Assembly: GCF_037042905.1 (NCBI RefSeq)
Contig: NW_026974140.1
Coordinates: 1,490,001 to 1,554,000, forward strand
Direction: 5' to 3'
DNA length: 64,000 nucleotides
Origin: Lytechinus pictus
Taxonomy: Eukaryota
Shown: one piece after another, positions 12,871-24,707 of the stretch
Position numbering within the stretch: the stretch's first letter is position 1
Layout: each line of letters starts with the position of its first letter
Notes under the pieces: generated by a model
What the model was told of the DNA's origin: nothing
The model's input: the letters and a program-made list of their open reading frames with translations, nothing else
Databases searched by the model: none
Translations under genes and position numbers: made by a program

Positions 12871-13526
12871 CTCATTGAGTGCTTCGTGCACACTACGTAT
12901 CCTACTATAACATGCCACACTCGTGCTCGCACGCCTACTATTGATTGCTTTGTGCTTGCATTGTTTCCTACCCTCGCCTGCTTCGTGCATGACTGCGCAC
13001 ATTCGGAATTACAATCATTGTTACGCCGTTTTGCATTGTATTGCGCATCGTATGCACGCCGTAATTAGCACTATTGTGTGCAGTGCGAACTCTGCTTTCT
13101 GACAGATCAACTTACTCACGCGGTTTACATTCGACTTTTTCGAGTATTTCTACATTTTTTACAAGATATGGCTCAGCCTCCGAGAGGGAAGAGACCTAGG
13201 TTTTTTGATCCATACAAAACACTCCACAAAATGGAACTACTTGATACAACTCATATTTTAGCGGTAAAGATAATAACCAATCCATATAATGAGGACACCA
13301 TTATAAGGAGTATGAAATTTCCTACAACTTTACTACACAATATTTTGTGGATAAACTAATCGTTAGAGAGTTACAAGCAATAGTAATCATGACTATTGAA
13401 AGGAGTGAATACGACTTGCGATCCCAAAATCAATGTGGCACAGGGGGGTTTTGTGGCTGGCACAGGGGATTAGCATCAGATTAGCACTGTGGCGTTGGGT
13501 TAGTAGTGTGTATGGCATGTTAAGAG
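12871..13526. mobile_element. TTAA-flanked insertion, possibly piggyBac-type
   Basis: Interrupts a tandem unit at GGAATTAA|TAAAAGT (uninterrupted unit at ~13693). Termini TTAA|CTC...GAG|TTAA, but the TIR match is weak. Confidence 0.5.
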
Positions 13527-16500
13527 TTAATAAAAGTTAATAAAAAAGATACCAAACTTTAGGAAAGTCTCTATCAGGTCAGTAGCTTTAATTTTTTCCC
13601 ACTGATCATGGTGTTGAAAATTGCATCTTCATGCAAAAATATGCTAATTTATGGAAATAAGCAGTAATTTATGCATGAAGCCATTTGCCAGTAGGAATTA
13701 ATAAAAGTAAATAAAGAGATACCAAACTTTAGGAAAGTCTCTTTCAGGTCAATAGCTTTAAATTTCCTTATCAAACATGATATTGAAAATTGTGTCTTCA
13801 AGCAAAAATATGTTAATTTATGTAAATTAGCTGTTAATTTATGCATGAATAGTAAAAATTAGTATAAAGGAATAAAAAGAAACCAAACTTCAAGAAAATC
13901 TCTATCAGATCGATAGCTTTGATTTTCCCTATCAAACGTGTTATTGAAAATCCCGTCTTCATGCAAAATATGCTAATTTATGTAAATTAGTAATAATTTC
14001 ATATGTATAAATTAGTCCCATTCCAATGCATACTAACAGTGAAAAAGGGGCCAAACTTTTGAAGTACCTCTATCAGCTCAAAAGCTTCAATTTTACCAGC
14101 AATATATTGACAGGAAAATTCAAAACTTTGGAGACACCCCACACCAAATGCTATGTATACGGAGGCATATAGCCATGTTCTATCTGTCAGTTAAAGTCTG
14201 ATTTTCTCAATAGCTATAAAGTATATATGGGTCACAGTTAAGCAAATTTTCAGTCTTTGGGAAACAAAATTGTGTCCAAAAATCTTTCAAGTTGTGTTAT
14301 AATCACATCATGGGCAATATATACGTAGGCATATTCTATAACTCTGTACATTATTACTATCTCCTTTCGGTTAGAGACCTATCCTATATTGTAATTAATT
14401 TGTTGCGATGTGAAGTAATGATTTTCAGTAAATATCAAAATCTGCAGCTTCACCGTGAGGTGGGATTGTAGACCAAGATATAATTCAAGCAGCAAGCAAC
14501 GAGTCTGATCGAGACTATACTTCAACCAGGGTTACACGAGAACTGAATTCTCCCTCGTAAAGTTGGACTGATTATTCCCTAATATGGCCTGATTCGGATG
14601 AATTAGGTAGATGCGCAACCTATTCGTCTCTGATTCGGGTTGCTCACTGAATTAGAGACGATTAGGTCTGGAATACGTCCCGTATCAGAGTAGAATCCCA
14701 AAGAATTTACCCGAATCAATATTGACTGTCCCGCATTAAGCCGTATGCCAACCCGAACAGTGGCAACAATCGAGCCAAAGGTGGCCACAATCAAGCCGAA
14801 TTTAGCCCGAATCCTCTGATTATCGCCAAATGACGACCTAAATAACGATCGGAATCGGAACAATTATGCCCGAATTCGCCAAGTACGCTACCAAATTTCC
14901 CGAAAATACCCCAGATTCTTTCGAAATGGGCTATAATTGACCGATTCGGCAGCTGTATTCGGACGCCATTTTGTCTATTTTCTGGCTAATTCGTCTCACT
15001 CGTCTACATTCTTCTCTGTAGTCGAGTAATGATTTGTACGATATAGGGAGGCAAGAGTCGGACCTTTACTCTACGACTGATACGAATACGTCTTAATCTT
15101 CCCAGAATACCCCAAATGCCTCCCAAAATCCAACCGAATTCCATCGGAATACATCCGGAATGTGGCCCGAATGAAATTTGTCATAGCCACATTTGGGAGT
15201 ATTTTGGAGGTATTCGGCTGGTTTTGAACATTTTCATAACGAGCCGAATTACTCCAAGAATGTTCCCTAATCCCTTCTGAATATTCCTGCATTCGGGAGG
15301 GGAGAACAGAGTGCTCCAGAATTCATCCTTGTGTATTTGCAGCTGATTTTAAGTAGGCAATCCGTTTCTAGACGACAAACCAGAATAGGATGCAACTAAG
15401 GTACATGTAAACACTCTGCAAAACATTCAGAGGATAACCAAAGTACAGTCGCAAGAATACATCACGTCAGTCGTGGTTTAAGCTAGGATTACACCAAAAC
15501 CAAATTCTCCCGAATAAATTCGGAATGATTCTGCCCGATTATGGCCTGATTCAGATGGATAAGTAGTCTAGTTCTAGACGATTTTAATCGAATCTATTTT
15601 CACCGATACATACGTATACTATCCCGTGCGTACGCCCAGCCGAGTGTGCACGCAAAACCGAGAACCTGTACTCCGAGGAAATATCGTCTAGACCAGTTGC
15701 TCAGCGGTGACGTCAGATGTCAAAGGTCAACGGACGAGTGCTTTATGAATATGCATGAGTTACTTGTCAATCTCGCTGCGCCGAACAGTGCAACGTTGTT
15801 TACGTTTTGCACTCGTTATCAGCTGTGTGTGCATACATTGTGCACATGGGATTGATGTAATAGATCTATGTGATACGAATACATGTACATGTATCATACG
15901 AAAGTTTGAGATAGTGGGGAGATAGTTCATTACTGGCTACAAATAGACATTTCATTGTTGTGAAATTACTGTTACATGCATAATATTTATTTCACTCTAT
16001 GTGCATATCTTGGTTAAATCTGTGGGTATGATGTTACCATCATGATATATGAAAGAAGGTGCTAATGTACCAAATTTCAAACTTCAAAACAATACAGACT
16101 AGTTTTTCCACTTTATTCAGATGGAAAAATTAATTTACATGTTTGAAAGATATATTTTATATTCTTCTTCATCTACACATGTAATTACATAGAGGCATTT
16201 TGTCTTAGTATGGGTTTTGAAAATTCAGACTCATACATGTAATTAAACTCTCATTCTTGTGAATGGATCACATCACGGTACATTTTACTGTGGGCACTTG
16301 TAAATATATCATTTTCAATGTCTTCTTCACATATTTCACTGTCAGAGAGTATGACAAAAAGGGTTGAGAGGTACATGTACTTTGTACAGATAAGTACAGA
16401 GCTGTGAAAGGGATAAGGAAAACAGAATAAAAATCATTATTGATTTTTAAAAGTAGATTAATCTCACAAATGCGGATTTTGATGCGTGCATCAGATTTTG

Positions 16501-17116
16501 GAAGAAAATCTTTGCAATTGTCTTTGGAACTTTTAGTTTATTTATTCACTTTACATGAACATGTAGATAATGCGTACAATTATTTTTGTTGTTCAGCTAT
16601 ACATTATTATCTAGCTACATGTAGCCAGGAAATGATATTGCCAATGATGTACATGAAGCCTCTTCGATAAAGACCCTGACCGGTGTAAAAACAATCATAT
16701 ATTAAAATAAAGGTAATGATTCTTCCGTGAATATTAAATAAAAATCAAAGAAACTGCTCCTCCAAAGTACGCTTCGATTGAGCACCCCACGTCGCCTGGA
16801 AATGATGACGTCACGTTGTGTCAGGAGGGTTGTGATTCTGTAGGTTTGTGTACAAAAGCATTGGGTATTTTTTTCCATTTCCATGTTATGAATCAATTGT
16901 TTACTGTACGTACAAAATGACCGACTTGTTTCGAGTTTTGTTTTGGTCATGGTTCTTTAGGATTTTTTTTGTTCCAGAGAGAGTTTACTCAGTCCACTTC
17001 AATATATGCAAAAGGGAGACAATTACTGTATTCTTGTTCTACTACAAATGCCAATTATTGTTTGGTCAGCCATATTATGAAAGAACAGTACATTTCAGAT
17101 CAAACTTGCCAGTTAA

Positions 17117-17998
17117 GGACGTTCCACAGTTAAGTTTGTGCGCATTATGATCTGCGCATAGTTTTCACTCTGCGCGCTGACGTCACAATGGATGAACAGG
17201 TGATTAATTAGCTGCGGGAATGAGCTAATTTTTTTCATCTTCTGTACTTTAACTGCAGATCCGATGTGTCATTTCATGAAGTTAAAAAATGAATCATTCC
17301 ATGGACCATTCAAAAAAATATTCTCTACAATTTCAAAATACTTTACTCTGCAGTGCTGCCAAGAATCACGAATATTACCCCGAGTTTGTATAAATGGTAG
17401 AGTGGTTTTGAATTTTTCTTCGCATAGATACTAAGCATTCGGCGCATTTTTGGTGTTTTAAAAAGCACATTTGCTCTAATAAAAATGCTGATAGTTTAAA
17501 AACAAGCAAATGAACCCCTATTTTTTAATGTTTGTACCTCTTAGGTATACCTTCCTCTACAACTCTGCAAATTTTGGTGAAAATGACATGGATTTTGAAT
17601 AAAGTACAGCATTTATTGTACGTTTGTAGTTTGTTACTGAAATGTTACATTTTTTAGATTGGGATTTTGTTATCTATATGCCATTTTTAAGAACTGACAG
17701 TGCTGTTAAACTTACAATTGAAAACAAATAGCACATTCTAACGATACAATTATTAACTCTCTTGCGAAATTTGATGACTTTTTCATGTATTTTGACCGAG
17801 TAATAGAGGTTTAAACTCATTGTAGTACTCTTGGGCGGTCTAAAAATGCCAAATTCTGAACTTTGAAGCTCTATAGCAAAAAATCAAGCACATGGACCTA
17901 TGTTAATTTTTGCATAATTCGAATATCAAGGTTCTAAAGTATCTTTGTGCAAAGTTTGGTGAAAATGACATGGATTTCACTTTAACTGTGGAACGTCC
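17117..17998. mobile_element. TTAA-flanked MITE with TIR GGACGTTCCACAGTTAA
   Basis: Perfect 17-bp TIR; TTAA at 17113-17116 and 17999-18002, the latter shared with the next MITE. Confidence 0.88.
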
Positions 17999-18002
17999 TT
18001 AA

Positions 18003-18603
18003 AGGACAAGTCCACCCCAACAAAAAGCTGACTTGAATAGATAAAGAAAAATCAAACAAACATAACTCTGAAAATGTCATCAAAATCGGATGTAAAATAA
18101 GAAAGTTATAACAACTTTAAGTTTCGCTTAATTTTTCAAAACAGTTATATGCACATCTTAGTCAGTATGCAAATGAGGGGACCGATGACATCATCCACTC
18201 ACTATTTCGTTTGTATTTTATTTTATGAAATATGAAATATTTTGATTTTCTCGTCATTGTCTGTTAACAAAATTTCATTCCTCCCTGAACACATGTAATT
18301 CCATTATTCTAACATTTTGTGGTTCGAGCAAAGGGGTACTAATATTGTCGAATTCGTAAAAATTGAAATATTGTATTATTCAAACAATAAAAACAAAAGA
18401 AATAGTGAGTGAGTGACATCATCGTCTCTCTTATCTGCATATCACTGAGTTGAGTATAGAACTGTTTTGTGAAAAATAAGCCAAACTTTAAAATGTTATA
18501 ACTTTCTTATTTTACATCCGATTTTGATGAAATTTTCAGCATTATTCATGTTTGATTTTTCTCTATTTATTCAAATCAATTTTTTCTGGGGTGGACTTGA
18601 CCT
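18003..18603. mobile_element. ~600-bp TTAA-flanked MITE (Kolobok-type termini), copy 3
   Basis: TTAA|AGGACAAGTCCACCCC ... GGGGTGGACTTGACCT|TTAA. Confidence 0.9.
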
Positions 18604-18867
18604 TTAATGACTGTGCCATTATTTTCCTGCTATATATTACTGTCATGCGAACAAAGGAAGCAACTCTGTGGAACAAGTTTATGAGGAAATGTGTAAAATT
18701 GTCATTGTCATTTTACATGTGGAAATATAGAATTTCTTGCTTTTTAAGTGACTCCATTTAGGAAACTTGGGGCCATGTGACTTCAATTAAACTGGCATCG
18801 TGAAGAGCTTGCATAATTAACCCAAATCAAGGGGAGGGTCAATTTTGAAGGATAAAAAGTTGCTACC

Positions 18868-19017
18868 CTCTTTCCATAATATATACCCAGTAGCACTCAA
18901 GAAGACATCGTGGCCTCGGAGGAAACTTTCGAGAGCTTTGTTCTGTTGGATCTTCAAAGTCGTTGTTCCCAACTGTTTGGACATATGCAGGATGGAATCT
19001 CTGATCGAATGACGTTC
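18868..19017 (-). pseudogene. Relic of RecQ-family SF2 helicase motif 0 / motif I
   Basis: Minus strand reads QLGTTTLKIQQNKALESFLRGHDVFLSATGY, then a frameshifted TAT GGA AAG AG (YGK[S/R]); matches the RecQ pattern LKxxQxxAIxxxLxGxDVFVxLPTGYGKS. Confidence 0.7.
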
Positions 19018-21822
19018 ATTTCCCGTCGCAATCACACCATATATGAAAAAACGAAGATAAGTGATCAAGACTTGTCTGATTTGTTAAACACGCAAGAAAC
19101 TGAATTTGGAAACCGCGCGCTGTATAATTATATACACAGTACACAATACAACCAGGGAGTTGGGAGTCTCCCTTATACAACAGCACGGTACAGTACACAA
19201 GTCTATGGCTTATGTTGTGCTGCTTTGTGCGATCCGATTGATTATGTAATCCATATACGATAGTCTACGCTTATAAACCCTATTGTAGGTATCAGGGGAA
19301 ACATACACGATACGATTCATTTCTGATGTTTTTGTGTGTTTAATTTGATTTATTTTATCATAATTTACAGTAACAAGTCCTTTCTTAGGTAATTAATATT
19401 CATTTTATCGGTAGATCACACCATATTTCTCAACCCAGTAATCTTCCCTGCTGTTAACAAAGACTAGCGGCTGAACGGGAGGCGTGTCCACTTTTAACGA
19501 CTTTCCCTCAAAAATCTGAGGGAGTGACGTCACCGCTGAGCAACTGGTCTAGACGATATTTCCTCGGAGTACAGGTTCTCGGTTTTGCGCGCACACTCGG
19601 CTGGGCGTACGCACGGGATAGTATACGTATATATCGGTGAAAATAGATTCGATTAAAATCGTCTAGAACTAGACTAATGGATAAGGGGAGTTCCCCCAAA
19701 TAGAGAAGAATGGGTCAGGAATATGTCCCGATTCAGCGCAGAATCGCCAAGAACTGACCAAATCAATTTTGGCCATCCCCCAAAAAGCAGAATGCCAACA
19801 CGAATAGTGGCAAGAATCGACCCAAGCATGTCCAGAATCCAGCCGAATGTGACCCGATATCTCTGATTACTGCCGAACGATGGCCTGAATGTTCGGGACA
19901 TTTATGTCCAGAATGATACAAATAGGTCCGAATCTGCCCAGAAAACTCCAAATGCCTCCCCTAATCCAACCGAATGTCACCCGAATACATCCCAAATGTG
20001 GCCCGAATAAAATTTGTTGTGGTCACATTCGGGAGTATTCTGGAGGGTATTCGGCTGGTTTTGAACATTTCAAAATGAGCTGAATTCCTCAGCGAATGTT
20101 CCCGAATTTTCTCGCATTTACGAAGGCAAAACAGAATATTCCTGAAACCACCCAAATACGTATATGGATGGATTTGCAACTGATTCGGTTTACGTTCTAA
20201 CCCTAGCTTTAAGGGTTACACCAAAACCAAATTCTCCCGAACAAATTCGGACCAATTCTGCCCAAAATAGCCTGGATTCGGTACTTATTCATCTCCGAAT
20301 CGGGGAGCTCCAGAAATCAATTCGGAAGGATCTGGGACTATTCTGTTCTCCCTCCCCATATATACGAAAACATTCGTGGAGGGATTCTGCTTGTCTTGAA
20401 ATGTTTAAAACCAGCCGAATATCCTCCAAAATGCTCCCGAATGTAGCCATGACAAATTTAATTCGAGCCACATTCGGGATGTATTCGGATGGAATTCAGT
20501 TGACTTTGGGGAGGCATTTGGACAATTATTTTGGGAAGTCAATAATGCTCTGATTCGGGACCGATTCCAGACCAATTCGACTCTGATTTGGTCTGAAATT
20601 GATTGGGAGAATTTGGTTTTGGTGTTACCCTAGTTTTAGTGATAGAGATCAATTCATAAGCCAATAAAGAAAATTCACTTCAGGTCACCGTCAACCAAGG
20701 GACGACAGAATAAGGAAAAGGATCAGGTCTCTTTGCTCAAATCTGATGTGTCCTTGTTCTACAAATGTACATAGTTGTCAGAGGGGCAGACATGGACAGC
20801 TTTTTCTGACATGAGAACCATCCATATACCCTCCTCTTTCTGACAAGGGAAAACTCTACTTGGGAAAGAAATTTAACCTCTTTAATTGCTTTGAAAAAAA
20901 AAAGATAAAATACTGGTTTATGTTTTCCATATGATTTGGGGTTTTTTTTATTGTGAAAGGGGTATGCACAGGATTTATAATTTGCATGAATTTGCATTTT
21001 AAACATGATACCCTCCTCTGGTCGCATGGAAAGTCACCATAATGAATGAATTGTGTAACAGTGTCTCATATGCATAGTGTTGCACTCGTCCCTCGGTTTA
21101 AAACCTTGAAATATGATAGTTGATGTGTTTTACACTTATTTGCAAAAATTTTGCATAAATTTGCATTAATTAACATTGAAAATTGATTCTTATTCTGGAA
21201 CTGTATAGAAATCAATCTAGATTTGATGCCCCATCAAAATGAATCCCAAATCCCCCCCCCCAAAAAAAAAAAGGCTTCTAGAAAAGTTTAGGTCTGTACT
21301 ATACATACAGTAATTTACGGTGAATAGTGTGATTTTGCATAATTTTGCATAAATTAGCACTATGAAATTGGATTCAAGTCATTGATATCGATGTATCCTA
21401 TCAAGAATTAATGCTTTTGGTACCAGTGACACATGTGGAAAAATAATCGTGATTTTGACAATTCTATATGTCGAGATATGATAAAATATGTGTTTTTACA
21501 TATAATTTGCATAAAATTTGCATAAATTAACCTTAAAAATTGATTAATACCAATTTTATAAAAATCGACCTGCAGTTGAATATTTAGCAAAAGGAGACCC
21601 AAATACACAAAAATTGGGCATTTAAAAATTATTTTTAGTGAGATATGGTGAATTATGAGTTTTTTGCATAAAATTTGCATAAATTAGCATTTTAAAATAG
21701 GGTGCCCTTCACCGATTTCTAGGCACCCTATCTAGAATAAATGCTTTTGATACCAAGGACTCACATGCAAAAAATGGCGCTTTTGTAAATTCTGTCCCCA
21801 AAATTTTGCTAAGGCCCCTGAC

Positions 21823-23266
21823 ATAGCAGAGTGAGACTATAGACGCCGCTTTTCCGACGACGGTGGCGGCGGCGGCGTCAACATCAATTCTTAACCTAAG
21901 GTTAAGTTTTTGAAATGACAGCATAACTTAGAAAGTATATGGACCTAGTTCATGAAACTTGGCCATAAGGTTAATCAAGTATTACTGAACATCCTGCCTA
22001 AGTTTCATGTCACATGACCAAGGTCAAAGGTCATTTAGGGTCAATGAACTTAGACCATGTTGGGGGAATCAACATCAAAATCTTAACCTAAGGTTAAGCT
22101 TTTGAAATTTCATCATAACTTAGAAAATATATGGACCTAGTTCATGAAACTTGGACATAAGGTTAAAGGTCAAGTCCACCCCAGCAAAATGTTGATTTGA
22201 ATAAATAGAGAAAAATCAAACTAGCATAACACTGAAAATTTCATCAAAATCGGATGTAAAATAAGAAAGTTATGACATTTTAAAGTTTCACTTATTTTTC
22301 ACAAGACAGTGATATGCACAACTCAGTGACATGCAAATGAGTCAGTCGATGATGTCAACCACTCACTATTTCTTTTTTTTTTATTGTTTGAATTATACAA
22401 TATTTCATGATTTTTTACAGATTTGACCATAGGGACCAACTTGACTGAATCATATACACTGTAGTATTAAACAATGCTAATTCCACATGTTCAGGGAGGA
22501 ATTAATCACTGTTTCACTTGATAATGAGGAGAATATTAGAATATTTCATATAATAAAATACAAAAGAAATAGTGAGTGGATGACGTCATCAGTCTCTTCA
22601 TTTGCATACCAACCAGGATGTGCATATAACTGTTTTGTTAATTAAGCGAAACTTTAAAATGTCATAACTTTCTTATTTTACATCCGATTTTGATGAAATT
22701 TTCAGTGTTATGCTTGTTGGATTTTTCTCTTTTTCTTCAAATCAATATTTTGTTGGGGTGGACTTGTCCTTTAATCAAGTATCACTGAACATCCTGCATG
22801 AGTTTCACATCACATTACCAAGGTCAAAGGTCATTTAGGGTCAATGAACTTTGGCCGAATTGGGGGTATCTGTTGAATTACCATCATATCTGATAGTTTA
22901 TGGATCTGATTCATGAAACTTGGACATAATAGTAAGCAAGTGTCACTGAACATCCTGTGCAAGTTTCAGGTCACATGATCAAGGTCAAAGGTCATTTGGG
23001 GTCAATAAACTTTGGCCAAATTGGGGGCATTTGTTGAATTACCATCATAACTTTGAAAGTATGTTGGTCTAGTTCATAAAACTTGGACATAAGAGTAATC
23101 AAGTATCACTGAACATCCTGTGCGCATTTTAGGTCACATGACCAAGGTAAAAGGTAAATGAACTTTGGCCATAATGGGGGTATCTGTTGAATTACCAACA
23201 TAACTTTGAAAGTTTATAGATCTGACTCATGAAACTTGGACATAAGAGTAATCAAGTATCACTGAA
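21823..23266 (+). mobile_element. Body of a fragmented Helentron/HINE-like element (head 12227-12243, tail 41838-41891)
   Basis: Co-linear and highly similar to the intact copy at 42658-43615: (GGC)n microsatellite and 160-190 bp tandem units. Confidence 0.85.
22167..22770. mobile_element. ~600-bp TTAA-flanked MITE (Kolobok-type termini), copy 4
   Basis: TTAA|AGGTCAAGTCCACCCC...GGGGTGGACTTGTCCT|TTAA. The paralogous empty site CATAAGGTTAATCAAGTATC at ~43007-43027 has a single TTAA, showing the TTAA is a TSD. Confidence 0.93.
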
Positions 23267-23475
23267 TTCAATTCAATTCAAATTCAAATTTATTTATTTC
23301 ACTTCCATCAATTGTACATACATGAATTTGATACCATATATAAACATAAATATTTGTATACGTTGCAAAAAAAAGAAGATAATGATACATATGTTGTGAA
23401 AAAAAAAAACACAATTTGGGCAACACATTGTAGGTTTTAAATAAGTATACTATTTTTCAATAGAAATTAAATTAA
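23267..23475 (-). mobile_element. 3' tail of the fragmented CR1-group LINE
   Basis: (TTCAA)n plus TTTATTTATTT on +, i.e. AATAAA and a (TTGAA)n tail on -; joins 34552 across the TTAA-flanked insertion. Confidence 0.7.
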
Positions 23476-23874
23476 AGGTATAGTGTATGATTGGTTGATC
23501 TCAGACAAGGTCAGTGAATCAATTGTAAAGATATTATTTTCATTAAATATCTATATCAATGCTCTACTTTATCACTCAAAAGAAATTGGTATAACTCTTC
23601 TGTTTTCATGATATTGAGGGGTGAAATATATATTATAATATCTCGTTTAACCGATATATTTTGTTTCCGCCCTCTCGAGTTAACAAATAAATTGATATTA
23701 GAACACCGTTCGAATCATGCATATTCATTACAACCTCATGCATATTGATGAAATACGTCATGGCGCATGCGCCGTATCAACAAAGTGCAGCGCTGTGTGC
23801 AGAAGTAGCTGAGTAGAAGCAAACACCGAACGTTGCGTGCAAGCTCAATGAGCCGATGATAGCCGGCTAGCGAT

Positions 23875-24146
23875 TAGTCCAAGTCCTGGACGATTTTTAT
23901 TGATTGGGCAAACCAGGGGCAAACCTTATCGGACCGTACCACGCGCACACATAACCAACACACACACGCCCTCCACTGATTTACTTACCCCCAGTGATTC
24001 ACCTAACCCACTGATTCACTTTCCCCGAAAAAAATGTTGTTTCGTGTGACTATTCAGGGGGTGTGTGTATGCGTGTTATGGGGATGTAGTGTGTTGTGTT
24101 TGGTAGTCGTATCGTACAAAATACCAACAGTCCAGGAGGTGGACTA
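23875..24146. mobile_element. 272-bp Academ-type MITE
   Basis: TIR TAGTCCAAGTCCTGGAC / GTCCAGGAGGTGGACTA; exact 9-bp TSD GCTAGCGAT (23866-23874, 24147-24155). Confidence 0.85.
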
Positions 24147-24428
24147 GCTAGCGATATGCTTGCGCTCTGCATGCACGTTTACTTTAGACATTAGCGATAG
24201 CACACACTGGACAAGCATATTATATGGAGCTATATAGCTCCATGATTGTATCGTACGTGAATAAGGATTCAGACACTTGGATTATCGAACGTGAATGACG
24301 AAGCAAAGGATTGCCCAATACGGCTTACTTTCGGAATCTAATGTCATGAATCTGAAAGTACTCTAAGACTAAAAGAGATACGAGAATCCCAAAGAAGGGC
24401 AAGGGCCGAGTTTGATTTGACGGCCACC

Positions 24429-24707
24429 TCGCTCTTTGCGCTCGCATCAATATTGTTAGGTAGATGATAATCAGAGATATCTATGATGACAATCCTGTTC
24501 ATGATTACCAAAAGTGCTTAGAATGTCAGAATTTTAGTTCAGAATATCAATCACTTTTTAAGCCCAAGTGATTGATATTCTGACCTAAAATTTTGACATT
24601 CTAAGCACATGTGGTAATCATGAACAGGATTGTCATCTAATTTTAACTAAACAATATTGAAGCGAGCGCAAAGAGCGAGATGAAAAATTTTCATATGTAT
24701 ATATATA
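24429..24707. repeat. Fold-back of the ~110-bp monomer flanked by a 10-bp direct repeat
   Basis: Inverted arms ~24428-24555 and ~24567-24680; GACGGCCACC at 24419-24428 and 24708-24717. Confidence 0.8.

Larger units (their letters stand above)
15564..19676 (-). mobile_element. AcademH-like DNA transposon derivative
   Basis: 152-bp TIRs (15564-15715 / 19525-19676, 2 mismatches) starting TAGTCTAG; exact 9-bp TSD ATGGATAAG (15555-15563, 19677-19685); internal RecQ-like relic. Confidence 0.88.
14528..20632. mobile_element. Cluster of three related elements starting AGGGTTACACC (14528-~15350; ~15485-20204, split by the Academ-like insert; 20212-20631)
   Basis: Shared start AGGGTTACACCAAAACCAAATTCTCCC; the third copy has the inverted end GGGAGAATTTGGTTTTGGTGTTACCCT; internal CCGAAT-rich blocks are homologous (15100-15300, 19940-20110, inverted at 20330-20520). 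Confidence 0.75.
12244..21822. mobile_element. 9.6-kb TIR element of unassigned superfamily inserted in a HINE; hosts several nested insertions
   Basis: Termini GTCAGGGGCCTTA...TTTTGGGGACAGAGTTTACAAAAGCACCA (left, interrupted by a MITE) and the inverted TGGCGCTTTTGTAAATTCTGTCCCCAAAA...TAAGGCCCCTGAC. The flanks rejoin to TGTCTCACCTGCATAGCAGAGTGAGAC as in the intact copy at 42662. Subterminal tandem repeats at 12700-14130 and 21060-21720. Confidence 0.8.

Noticed and set aside
5649..22530. Multiple TGACGTCA (CRE) sites as host regulatory elements
   Set aside because: Most lie inside MITE or TIR sequences, and nothing in the sequence shows function.
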